From Octopus sinensis (taxonomy: Eukaryota): a DNA stretch of 64,000 nucleotides. Shown here in pieces: positions 53,309 through 64,000 of the stretch (the first letter of the stretch is position 1; every line of letters starts with the position of its first letter). The translations under genes and the position numbers were made by a program. Location of the stretch: NCBI RefSeq assembly GCF_006345805.1, contig NC_043006.1, positions 60,078,001-60,142,000 of the forward strand, in the 5' to 3' direction. Under the pieces are notes generated by a model, which worked only from the letters and a program-made list of their open reading frames with translations, was not told the DNA's origin and did not search any database.

Positions 53309-54832
53309 TGTGCGTGTGCATGCATATTAAAATGTATTTTGTCATGAATAAATTATAGTACGCACAACCGAAGATGTGTTACATAATTCACAGAAAACGC
53401 ATCACACTTCACACAGTTGGCAACACTTAGTTGGCAACCATATGAAATCCTTTTTTTTTTCGAAATAAAACTACAAAACTAAAAAAAAACAAAAACTTTA
53501 ATAGTATTCTAATCCCTTTCTAATTTGCTTTGATGCACTAATTTACTTTTAATATAAATTTCATTTCTATGTATTTATTTTCCATTTATTATTCTAACTT
53601 TTACCAAAAAATCTATTTAAATGAAAATTAAATGAATTTCGTGATTATTTTGTGAATAAATAAAAGATTACCTTAAATCATTCTGATATTTATCTTTGAA
53701 CTATGTTTTAAATTATAGGTTTAGTTAAATCTAATCTTACATAAGAATTTACATAAGTATCAGTACATAGATTTAAATGATTAAATATAATGAATAGGTT
53801 TGATTATAAATAATATATTCTTGGAAGAATGAATATTCAACTAATAAAAATAGGGTTGAGGAAAGAATTTTACTCAAGCTATCAAGTCTGTGAGAAATAA
53901 CTTGTGTTTCAGGTTCATTAATATAACTTCATACGAGCATTGTCTTGTGAGATAGACAGGGATGTAGAAGAGATGGAAGGCAATGGGAAGGCGGATTGTG
54001 TGTATGTGCGCATATGAATGTGCGTACGTGTGTTTGTCTGGGTGTAATGGTTATTCAATTATACCATATGAATAAATAATATAAAGAATCTCGTTGATAG
54101 TCTCATGCTAAATGCCAGACAACTTCGCTGTTTAGTAGGTGTTTTATTGGAAGTTGAACGGTTTAAAATTGTTTATTGTTGTCTAGTTCCCAATACAGGC
54201 ATTGTTGAAGAGGCTTATGATTAACCACAATCAAGTCGTGACCACCCTATCCTTTTCCAAAAGTCATGTTCGTCCGTCGGAGCAACGAAATGCATCTAGT
54301 CATCCTTGTAGATGATTGATAACTTACACAGTGACTTTGAAGTAAAAAAACAGTTGCGCACCGTCAGCCTCATTTTCTCGTCCGTCGCCATCTTTAATCC
54401 AGTGGCAAAACCAGGTCAGGACGATTGGGGATGGAGACAGAAGTAGTAGATGGCCAAGATGTCTCACTTGCCTCATCTTTTCCCTCTGCATTTCACATTG
54501 TATTATCGCAGATGCTTTTCCCTCCGTTAACTATGAAGGTTTTTTAAGCAGTATGCACTGGATTCATTCTTGACTGGAATAGGTACGCAAGCCCTAATTC
54601 CCCAAAATAGTCTACCCATGACTACATTATTCAATGACCGTCTCTTCTGAAACAACAGAAAATCGATTGAGGGAGGATTTGTTTGATATTTCTTGCAAGT
54701 CGAGCAACTACACGAGTCGAACTCACTCATTAGAATATGGAATGGAAAATCCAACCAGGAACTAATGAGTTTTTTGAATATATTTTTCACATAATTTTTC
54801 TCAAATGTATTTGTCTTATCTTTCATCGTTCA

Positions 54833-55020
54833 CTTGTTTCAGTCATTGAACTGCAGCCATGCTGGGGCACCCGTCTTGAATGTCGAGCAAATCGCTATCA
54901 CTACTTATTTTAAAGCTTAGTACTTATTTCATCGGTCTCTTTTGCCAAACTGCTGAGTTATAGAAATGTAAACAAGCCAACACCGGTTGTCAAGAGGTGG
55001 TGGGGAAAAGCATAAATACA
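54833..55020 (-). mobile_element. SINE type A, 3' half
   Basis: Tail and body homology to the other copies. Confidence 0.7.
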
Positions 55021-55098
55021 AATACAACACACATACACACACATAAATGTATGTGTGTGTATATATATATATATTTATTATATATATTATATTATATA

Positions 55099-55205
<107 letters not shown>

Positions 55206-55237
55206 TATTATATATATATATATATATATATATATTA

Positions 55238-55300
<63 letters not shown>

Positions 55301-55350
55301 TATAGGAAATAATGGAGTTGAACGAAGATTTAACAAAATTCCTTTATTTT

Positions 55351-55436
55351 ATTTTCGACATATGTTTCGAAGTCTGCAAAATTCCTAATTCCGAATGAAT
55401 AAGGAGTCCATTATGCAGCTTTCTCATCAGGAAAAT
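55351..55436 (-). ncRNA. Type I hammerhead ribozyme, fully canonical core
   Basis: ATTTTC-CTGATGA-[55-nt stem II]-GAAA-CATATG-TC-GAAAAT: perfect 6-bp stem I, G10.1-C11.1 closure, palindromic stem III, GUC cleavage triplet (cut between 55357 and 55356). Confidence 0.88.
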
Positions 55437-55503
55437 CCAGGAACTTCTTTCGACAACAAAATGCACAACAAGTTTTTAGCGTAACTTAATTCATTTATCT
55501 ACT

Positions 55504-55550
<47 letters not shown>

Positions 55551-55637
55551 GTTAATCCAAACATGAAAACACAACAACGCGAGGACGTGGAACAAATATA
55601 GTATTATTGGACGCCCAGGAAGGAGAGAAGAAGGAGG

Positions 55638-55672
55638 GTTTAACGTTTCGAGCGGAGCTCTTCGTCAGAAAC
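55638..55672 (-). ncRNA. Minimal type I hammerhead ribozyme (second family)
   Basis: GTTT-CTGACGA-A-GAGC-TCC-GCTC-GAAA-CG-TT-AAAC: 4-bp stem I, 4-bp stem II, ACGU palindromic stem III. Confidence 0.7.
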
Positions 55673-55735
55673 ATAGGAAAGGAAAGATCCAGGGAAGGGA
55701 AGACGGAGGAAAAAATCGCCACGGTTCACACGCGG

Positions 55736-55780
<45 letters not shown>

Positions 55781-55804
55781 TTATGTATATATATATATAT
55801 ATAT

Positions 55805-58552
55805 GATTGATTGTTTCTAGTTTCAGCTCACGAGCTGTGGCCATGCTGGGGCACCGCCATTTGGTGTTGCTACATGGTTTTACTTCACGAATGCTTTTTA
55901 GCAACTGCCATTTGGTGCATGAGAGAGTTCGATGCAGCTGCCCTCATCTGCACCTCCTGCCGTGAAGTTGGTTCATCTGGGATATCTGACAAGAAGAGAT
56001 CCAGTTTCATTTTAAAGACATCTGCATCCACCCCATGCATGTCTCTTAGGTTCTTCGGGAGGATATTGAGGAGCTGTGGGCCTCGGAAGCCCAGGCTATC
56101 ACAGTATCTTGTCCTACATCTTGATGGCAAATCTGGAGTCCTAGGCACCACGCAGTGGCGCCCGGTTCTGGCATTTGTGTAACTCTCGATGCCAAAGTTT
56201 GGGACAAGTCCCTCCAGGATCAGTTTCCTTCTAACTATTCGTTCCATGACCTTGCTGATGTGTGAGGTCAGAGAGATAGGTCTGTAGTTCTTGGCCTCCG
56301 CTCTGCTACCTCCTTTATGAATAGGGCATATTTTACCTTCCTTCAGTTTTCTTGGAAGTTTGCCAGCTGCAAGGAAGCTCTGAAAGAGGAACTGCAGTGG
56401 TCTTGCTAGGACTCTCTTACATACTTTTAGGAGGATTGCCGGGAATCCATCGGGGCCAGTAGCTGAGTCTGTTTTCATTTCATCTATAGCCTTTATTACA
56501 TCGTCTTCCTTTATATCGATGTAATCTATCGTCGCCGCCTCTGATTTTATATCTGCAGTGGTAAAGAAGTCAGTTGGATTGGTGATTTGGAAATGCCCAA
56601 GGGGTGGAGTGAAAACACTCTTGAATTGCTCATTCAGTATTTCACTTACCCTCATTGGTTTTCCTGTGAGTGTGCCATCCTTTCAAGGAGTGGCCCTATC
56701 CTACAGTGCACCGTAGCTGTTTCTTTGGCATACCTGTAGAAAGCTCTGGGGTTAGATTTTATGTTGTCTATAGCCCAGGCTTCTTTGTCTGCTCTTTCCT
56801 TTTCATGGGAGAGTTGCAGACATTTTTCAATTTCCATCAGTTTTATTTTCAGGCGGGACTTTTCACTGCTTTCAATTTGTTTGTTTAGGCGATTTGAAAT
56901 TTTTGTATGCCGTCTCATTAAAATTTTCCTCTCTCTGGGGATTTTGTTCTTGTGTACAGTGGCCTTTCTCTCTGGGACACATTTGTAGCATATGGCTTGC
57001 ATTACAGACATGAATTGTTGAAGTTTCACGTCGATGTCTGGCGAGGAGAGACATTCAGGCCAGTTTTGTTTTAGGATCTCTTTCTCAATTTGTTTCCAGT
57101 TTGCCTTATGGAAGTTGAAGCTGGAAAGATTCTGAGGGTTTCTTGTAGGCTGCATGTCCATGCTTTCCTTTGGCCCGTACATGGTCAGCTCTACCATGTT
57201 GTGATCCGAGAGTAGTGTCGGTGTCACTTTCACATTATGGATGAGATCCATATTATTTGTGAAGCAGAGATCCAGTGTGTTACCTGCCCTGGTTGGTTGG
57301 AGTATTACTTGCTCCATGTACAGGGTGTTGATGAGATTCAGGAGGGACCTCGCCTGTTCTCGTTCACATCTTGTCATTCCTGGGAGAGAAAGGCCCTCGG
57401 GTCATCTGACATTGGGTAGATTGAAGTCTCCCATAAGAAGTACACTTATGTGTTGTTCTAATGTGATTAGAACTTCTATTTTTATAAGGCAGTCTTCAAA
57501 CTTGCCTACATGGCTTGGGGTATCTGGAGGGCGATATGTAGCACACACAACTACATCAAGTTGCCTTATATGTACAATTAGTGTGTAACACACCGAGTTT
57601 GAGTATGACAAAAGAACCTGGGGTGTGAGGTCCTCACGGATGTACATAGCAACTCCTCCATGACTCCTTTCTTTTCTGTCGGTCCGTAGTACAACATACT
57701 GTGGTATGTGTAATTCCGCATCTGCTATGTTGGGTTTCTGGTGCGTTTCCGTAAGTGCTATGCATAAGTCTCTCAAGAACGGGATTTTTGTCCTGTTATT
57801 GAGTGTTTGCAGTCCTCTGATGTTCAGTAGGAGCATCGAGGTGAGGTGTATGTTGTTGCCGGCGGTGTCCACCTTGGGTCTATTTGCTGTGGTGGTTTTG
57901 TATATTGTGGGTAGTCCCATCTGCGAGCTTGGGTTTGATGAAGCCAGGTTAGCTGCTGTACAATCTTTTGTGCCATGCACAAAAAAGATTCTTGTTCGGC
58001 AGCTGCCCTTTCAACAACATCATGTTGGCGGTTTGTGGCACGCACCACATCTGCGTACTTCCGTTTTGGGGCAGGTGGTGCGTGGTCCATCCCTTTTCCT
58101 TTTGTTAGTTTGTTTCTGATCTGTTTCGTGTCTCTGCGGCAGGGTCCCCGATGTGCAAAACGGCAGCCTGCACCTTCCTCTCCATGCCAGCAGGTACCTC
58201 TCAGGTAGAACCTACACACCCGTGTGCGCTGTTTGTTTCCATCCTTTTTGGTATATGGATAGTCAGTCTTACTTCTATTCTTGGCTGTTTCATTTTTTGG
58301 TTTTGTTTGAGTTTTTCTTTTAGTTTTTCCTCCTTTTATTTCTTCTTTGGGTTCTTCATCTCCGTGGCTTTTTGTGCTGGTAGGAGCACTTGCACTTGGG
58401 TTTACTTCCCGGGCAGGTTTCTCACTTGAAACCTCTTCCCGGGTGTCTACTAGGTGGGGGTGACTTCTTTCATCAGCACCCGTGTCTCCATCCTTGCCAT
58501 CTTTACTTTGTTCGTTCTCAAAGATGGCATCAAGCGTGCCAATGTGAGATCG
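55805..58552 (-). mobile_element. CR1-like LINE, 5'-truncated in ORF1, with RT core deleted
   Basis: ORF1 part (57824-58552) has a CCCH finger. ORF2 from ~57836 has APE endonuclease motifs (LLNIRG, LTETH, GGVAMY, YRPP, GDFN, LDL, SDH) and the RT N-terminus (GPDG, NYRPISLTSHISKVMER) fused directly to the CR1 C-terminus (LEGLVPNFG...FK.KLD.FL..IPDEP). One premature stop (57402-57404), one frameshift (~56670); flanked by (TA)n. Confidence 0.93.
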
Positions 58553-58559
58553 TATATAT

Positions 58560-58606
<47 letters not shown>

Positions 58607-59604
58607 GACAGGCTTGCTTCAGTTTTCGTCTACCAAATCCGCTCACAGGCTTTGGTCAACCCGGGGCTATAATAAAAGCGAAGTGCTGAAGGCTCTGCGC
58701 AGTGGATTTAAACCCAAGACAACATGGCTGGGAAGCATTTATGCCACGCCCGAGAAAATAAGCAATAAAGAATGTATTGGGAGTTCGCTGCGATAGTCGT
58801 GTCTTTCAGAACTGCATTCGAGTATGAAAAAAGAAAACCTATTGGATAACATAGATCTCTTTTGTCTTTGTTTGTTTCAACAGCGAGGAGAAAGCACGAC
58901 GGGTGATATAACAACGGATAGAGAAGAAATATTGAACAAGAGCTAAGAGATTTGGAAAAAGATAGTGTTAAACAATCCTCAGAATACCGTTTCAGTTTCG
59001 AAGAGGACGATACAATAAAACCGTGAAATTAAGTGTAACATTTGGCTGGATTTAAATACTAAATCGGTTATACTAATCTTTTCTATTACTGCAAAGAAAA
59101 AAAAAGATAAAAGAAAATCAAAAGTAAAAGTGATTCTTTGGTTTTCGAATCAATGGGATCTCAGCAGATTTGTAACTAATTCCATTCCGTGCAGTATCTT
59201 CTCAGAAGCCTGAATTCTAATTCTAATCCTTATGAAAGAAAAAAAAAATTATGGATTTCAGGCAAGTCGGTGATTCTCTTATATGTAATATTTTGATATT
59301 TTTTTCTAAACATAATATACAAAAAAGAGGAAGAAGGAAGTAATATTATTTCGGAATGTTGACATAAGACCAACGATTTCGGAGGAGAGGATAAGTCAAT
59401 TACGTCGACCCTAGTGCTCAACTGGTACTCATTTTATCGTCCCCAAAAGGATGAAAGGGGCAAAGTCGGTCTCAGCGGAAGTTAGACTCAGAATGTAAAT
59501 ACAAACGAAGTGCCGCTGAGCATTTTGTTCGGCATGCTAACAGTTCTGCCAGCTCATCGCCTTAAAAGGCTATAATATTGAAAAGGAAATCCAACTGTGA
59601 CATG

Positions 59605-60457
59605 CAGGGTGGTCGGGCTAAATTTAGCAGTTTTCACGAAAGGAAAAGAAAACAATAAAAAATATCAACCACATTCTGGCTGAGCCATAACAGTTTACTC
59701 AAAGACGCCATTCTCAGCTCTCACCACAGCCTCAAGATTGCTCTGGAACGTAGCGCATACATTCCTCACTGTGTCCACACGAAGAACTTGAAACACCTCC
59801 TTGATACTTGGCCACCAGTTCGGCTTTGGTATTGCAGACCGAATGGTTGGGGCCTTTCTCAACCGCGTCCCTCGCATAGTAATCCATGGAATTACAATCA
59901 GGGGAATTAGGAGGTCCAAAATTGGGTCGAGTTGAAGTCATGAAAATTCTAAGACAACCGCTTCTGACTCTTTCCGGAAGTATGGCAAAGAGGCGAATCT
60001 TGCTTCCACACTATGGCCTTCCAACAGCAACCCTCTGCATCCAGCATTTGACCAGTCTCTTGTAGCTTCGCATTGCCGTTTGAGTTGAGCCTAAGGCCCT
60101 GTTCAAATATATGGGGAAGGACTATGGTGTGTGGGCTCAGTCAGAACGCCTGCTGTATTCCTTCCTACTAGCCACCGCTTCGATGTCTCCATTGCAGCTG
60201 TCCATGTTGCGTCTTGCAGCTTTTACAGTATTCACAAAGCATTGAGCAGCAGTCATGATGTCAGCATATTGTATCCGGTGCGAATAATCATGATACAGAT
60301 ATATATTTTCCAATATCCAGGTGATTTCTACTTCTCCATGTCACCTGTCTCAACTACAGTTTTAATCTTTATGCTCTCCAACGCCGTTGACTATTTAGCA
60401 ATACATCAAACTGTTCTTGAAAAAAGCAGACATATCTAATTTAGCCCGACAACCCTG
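59605..60457 (-). mobile_element. Internally deleted Tc1/mariner element, maT/DD37D-like
   Basis: TIRs CAGGGTGGTCGGGCTAAATT / AATTTAGCCCGACAACCCTG|TA; C-terminal fragment PPNSPDCNSMDYY...CNTKAELVA...VRNVCATFQSNLEAVVRAENGVFE. Confidence 0.85.
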
Positions 60458-62177
60458 TAAACTACTGTAATTTATGATAAGTGAAATACTTATATGCTGA
60501 TGATTGTAGTCTAGAAAGTTCATGTCTTACTATGTTAGTGTGAGAATTATAGATAATTGATATTGCTGTTATTTATTTCTAGGACAGGCCTGATTGACCA
60601 GACCAGCATTCAAAGGTAATTCCAATTGTTACTTTTCCGTCTTTATTCAGTTAAAGTATGTTTAGAATTACATGACCTAATGTATCGCATCCATATTCTT
60701 AAACGTCAGGTAATTCTTTGGATTGATTGGCACTCCTGATAAACCGATCGATTCCATAGAAATATCAATTTTGCTTGTAGGGCGGAGAATAGGAATGGTA
60801 AATCTGATACTCCGAAGTTGATGAAAGATGTAGAAAGTAAAGGCGAATTCTTCAGAAGATTAATCTCTAGCTTCACAAAGCTCGTCTGGCGGGGAAATAT
60901 AAATATTTCCGATTTTACCCTCTAATCATAGTTTTATCAGCCGTAGACAATTGGTGGTTTCTTTGTAGAGGAAAATATATATAAAAGAGAGGAATACGGC
61001 GGAGGGTATTTTGGTTCATTCGAAATCTCAATGAAAACTAATAAAATGATTGCTAATTATACAATGTCTCTGTTGTTAATATTAATTAACTTTAAAGGAT
61101 GCGAACAGGCATGATCGTTACCGTACCGGAAAGATGCTTAGCGGCATTTCTTCAGATTTTCCGTTCTGAGATCAAATGCCGCTGAGGTCGAGTTTTCCTT
61201 TCATCCTTTTGGGGATGATAAAATAAGTACCAATTGAAAACTGGCTTCTATATAATCGGCTTACACTTCCCTCGAATTAGCTGGCCTTGTGCCGAAATTT
61301 GAAAGTGATATTAGTTAGCTCTATAAAGTGTTGAGCTGGCGGACTCATTGGGAAGCCGTACAAAATGCCTAGCAGCATTTCTTCCGGCTTTACGCTTTGA
61401 GTACAAATTCCACTGAGGTTGACATTGCCCTTCCATCCTTTCGGAGTCGATAAATCAAGTGCCAGACAAGTACTGGAGTTGATGAAATGGACTTGCTTCC
61501 TCCTATTAAAATCGTTGGCTTCATGCCAAAATTAAAAATTTAAGGATAATAATTATTAACTCTAAGTACTGTGCGTATCCTAATAAAAGGAAATGTGTGT
61601 TAGTGAAGGAGTGCGCTGGAGACAGAGTTGACATAGAAACCAAATAAATGTTTTCCTTTCAGCCGGCCAGCATTGCTGTTATCGACACATTTTAAATTTT
61701 GCTCCTTACAACGACAATTCATTTTTGTCTGGACGTGTGTACAGACTAGTAAGTCAACCTCTGTATCTAATTGATACTTGTTGTCTTGTCATATCGAACG
61801 AAGTCGTAGCAATCAAAAGTAATACCACCTCAAAGACAGACTGTAGACATTAAAATGACAATGTAAACAGAATCATTAGAGGGTCAGAAGACAAAAAAAA
61901 AGAACAAAAAGAAAAAAAGAAAGCTTTGCGACATTTGTTCCGCTTTTTTTCAAATCAACGCCGATTTCAAATACTACTTTGACTTTTATCTTCTCGGTGT
62001 CGTTAAAATTAAGGTAACAGTCAAGAAGTCAAGAACTGGGGCGTTGGTATGGACTAATCCACTCCCACTAAAAACTGTTGATCACGTGCCTAAATTAAGA
62101 ACTATCATTTGTGTCTACTACGTTTCCTCCTGGGACCAAATTATTGGTAACACGCAGACACACACACAAATAAATAG

Positions 62178-62232
<55 letters not shown>

Positions 62233-62636
62233 TGTGTGTCGGCATATTTACAATATACTATAAACAAATGACAACTGTGGGCTGGTATTACATATATAGG
62301 GGAATTTTAGACGTAGCTTACCTTCAGCGGCGCCTATTCAAGAGAAAGTGAGCTTCAGGGACAAAATTAGCTTCTGGAAGGTTGAACTTAACATATGGGA
62401 CCTGGGCTGACATTTTGAGACATTTTTGGGGAGAAAAAGTGTTTATATGCTACCAAATACGGTATGTACACGAGGAGTAGGTAGACAGCCGACAACTGAT
62501 GAAGGGTCCTTTCTCTGTTTATTTGTCCTGTTTTCCATTTTTTCTCGTTGTTCAAGTATTTCACTCGTTTTACCCTTGTTTGTTTACGTATTTCATGTTA
62601 TTTTCACTGTTGGTGACGCCCTGTAACCATATATGC

Positions 62637-62702
<66 letters not shown>

Positions 62703-63092
62703 TTCTCTTTTTACTTGTTTCAGTCATTTTGACTGCGGCCATGCTGGTGCACTGCCTTTAATCGAGCACTCGACCCCCAGGACTTATTCTTTGTAAGCCC
62801 AGTTCTTATTCTATCGGTCCGTTTGCCAAACCGCTAAGTGACGGGGACATAAACACACCAGCATCGGTTGTCAAGCAATGCTAGGGGGACAAACACAGGC
62901 ACACAAACATACACTCACATACATATATATACATATATACGACGGGCTTCTTTCAGTTTCCGTCTACCAAATCCACTCACAAGGGTTTGGTCGGCCCGAG
63001 GCTATAGTAGAAGACACTTAACCAAGATGCCACGCAGTGGGACTGAACCCGGAACCATGTCGTTGGTAAACAAGCTACTTACCACACAGCAC
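62703..63092 (-). mobile_element. SINE type A, near full length
   Basis: Homology to 46446-46857. Confidence 0.85.
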
Positions 63093-63332
63093 TCCTATAT
63101 ATATATATATATATATATATGTTTATTGAAATGGATAAATGAATTATCTTGTTACGGATTATTCAAATTATAACCGATACCTGGGTAGCAAATATCACAA
63201 CAGAAAAATCACGGTTGAGGTTACGACCATGGGGTATCGCAACCGTGCCTTAGTGCGGATAATTGAAGTTTTACATATTTAGTGAGGGAAGAAATGGAGC
63301 TGAACGAAGATTTTACAAAATTCCTTTTTATT

Positions 63333-63418
63333 ATTTTCTACATATGTTTCAAAGGCTGCAAATTCCCTAATTCGGATTGAATAAGGAGACCATTTTGCAG
63401 CTTTCTCTTCAGGAAAAT
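63333..63418 (-). ncRNA. Type I hammerhead ribozyme (same family as 55351-55436)
   Basis: ATTTTC-CTGAAGA-stem II (11 of 12 positions paired)-GAAA-CATATG-TA-GAAAAT; GUA site. Confidence 0.85.
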
Positions 63419-63899
63419 CCAGGAACTTAAATCTCAAAACAAATGCGCAGCAAGCTTTTCGACAAACGCTCTCTAGGAGGCCATGGTATGAATGGCACAA
63501 AACTGTCTCTCAATATGCGTTGACGTCAGGGTGGGTGAAAGCCGACGAAAAAGTCCGTTGAGATAATTCGAGGTCAAAATCCGGTTAACATTGGGGAGGG
63601 GAAGAATTACAGAAAACCAAAGAGTGTGAATATATTCTGTATAACTAGTGTTAATATTCGAATTGTTTTAAGAATGAAAGCTATCGTATTTGGGTGTGAG
63701 AAACTACCTACATGTATGTGTGTGTGTGTGCCTATGTATGTGTGGCAGTATGTTTAGGAAGCAGCTAGGGAGAAATATATTGCAGCTATTGATGGTCAAG
63801 CAGCTGATAAAAACCTGCTTGACCATCAATACCATGGGCTCCTAGAGAGCGTTTGTCGAAAAGCTTGCTGCGCATTTGTTTTGAGATTTAAGTTCCTGG

Positions 63900-63985
63900 A
63901 TTTTCCTGAAGAGAAAGCTGCAAAATTGTCTCCTTATTTAATCCGAATTAGGGAATTTGCAACCTTTGAAACATATGTAGAAAAT
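63900..63985 (+). ncRNA. Type I hammerhead ribozyme (inverted copy)
   Basis: Same motif on the + strand, in the right arm of the inverted repeat. Confidence 0.83.
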
Positions 63986-64000
63986 AATAAAAAGGAATTT

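Larger units (their letters stand above)
63318..64000. mobile_element. Inverted pseudo-LTR-like pair (arms 63318-63489 and 63829-64000)
   Basis: Near-identical ~172-bp arms in opposite orientation with a 339-bp spacer; the right arm runs off the window; each arm carries a hammerhead; a related copy lies at ~55308-55480. Confidence 0.8.

Overview
AT-rich, microsatellite-dense eukaryotic DNA, very probably an Octopus (coleoid cephalopod) genome; this is inferred from the SINE families and repeat landscape, not from a database search. (1) The only well-supported host gene is the 3' part of a + strand multi-exon gene. Its exons are 3477-3548, 6506-6623, 13567-13676, 17316-17489, 22729-22813, 25832-25902 and a probable last exon from 26962; the splice phases chain consistently. 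It encodes the C-terminus of a single-pass type I membrane protein of a family I cannot name. (2) The rest is transposon-derived: five decayed or internally deleted Tc1/mariner elements, two non-autonomous Helitron-like elements, a young 5'-truncated Tx1/L1-clade LINE inside a (TATC)n microsatellite, a CR1-like LINE with a CCCH-finger ORF1 and an in-frame deletion of the RT core, a Penelope-like GIY-YIG fragment, and many tRNA-derived SINEs. (3) The most interesting signal is a set of type I hammerhead ribozyme motifs from three unrelated non-coding repeat families: 7798-7842; 55351-55436, 63333-63418 and 63900-63985; and 55638-55672. Two of these families show tandem and/or inverted arrangements typical of Penelope-like pseudo-LTRs or retrozymes, one with a 352-nt monomer and a target-site duplication. 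Nearly all long ORFs in the supplied track are microsatellite artefacts.
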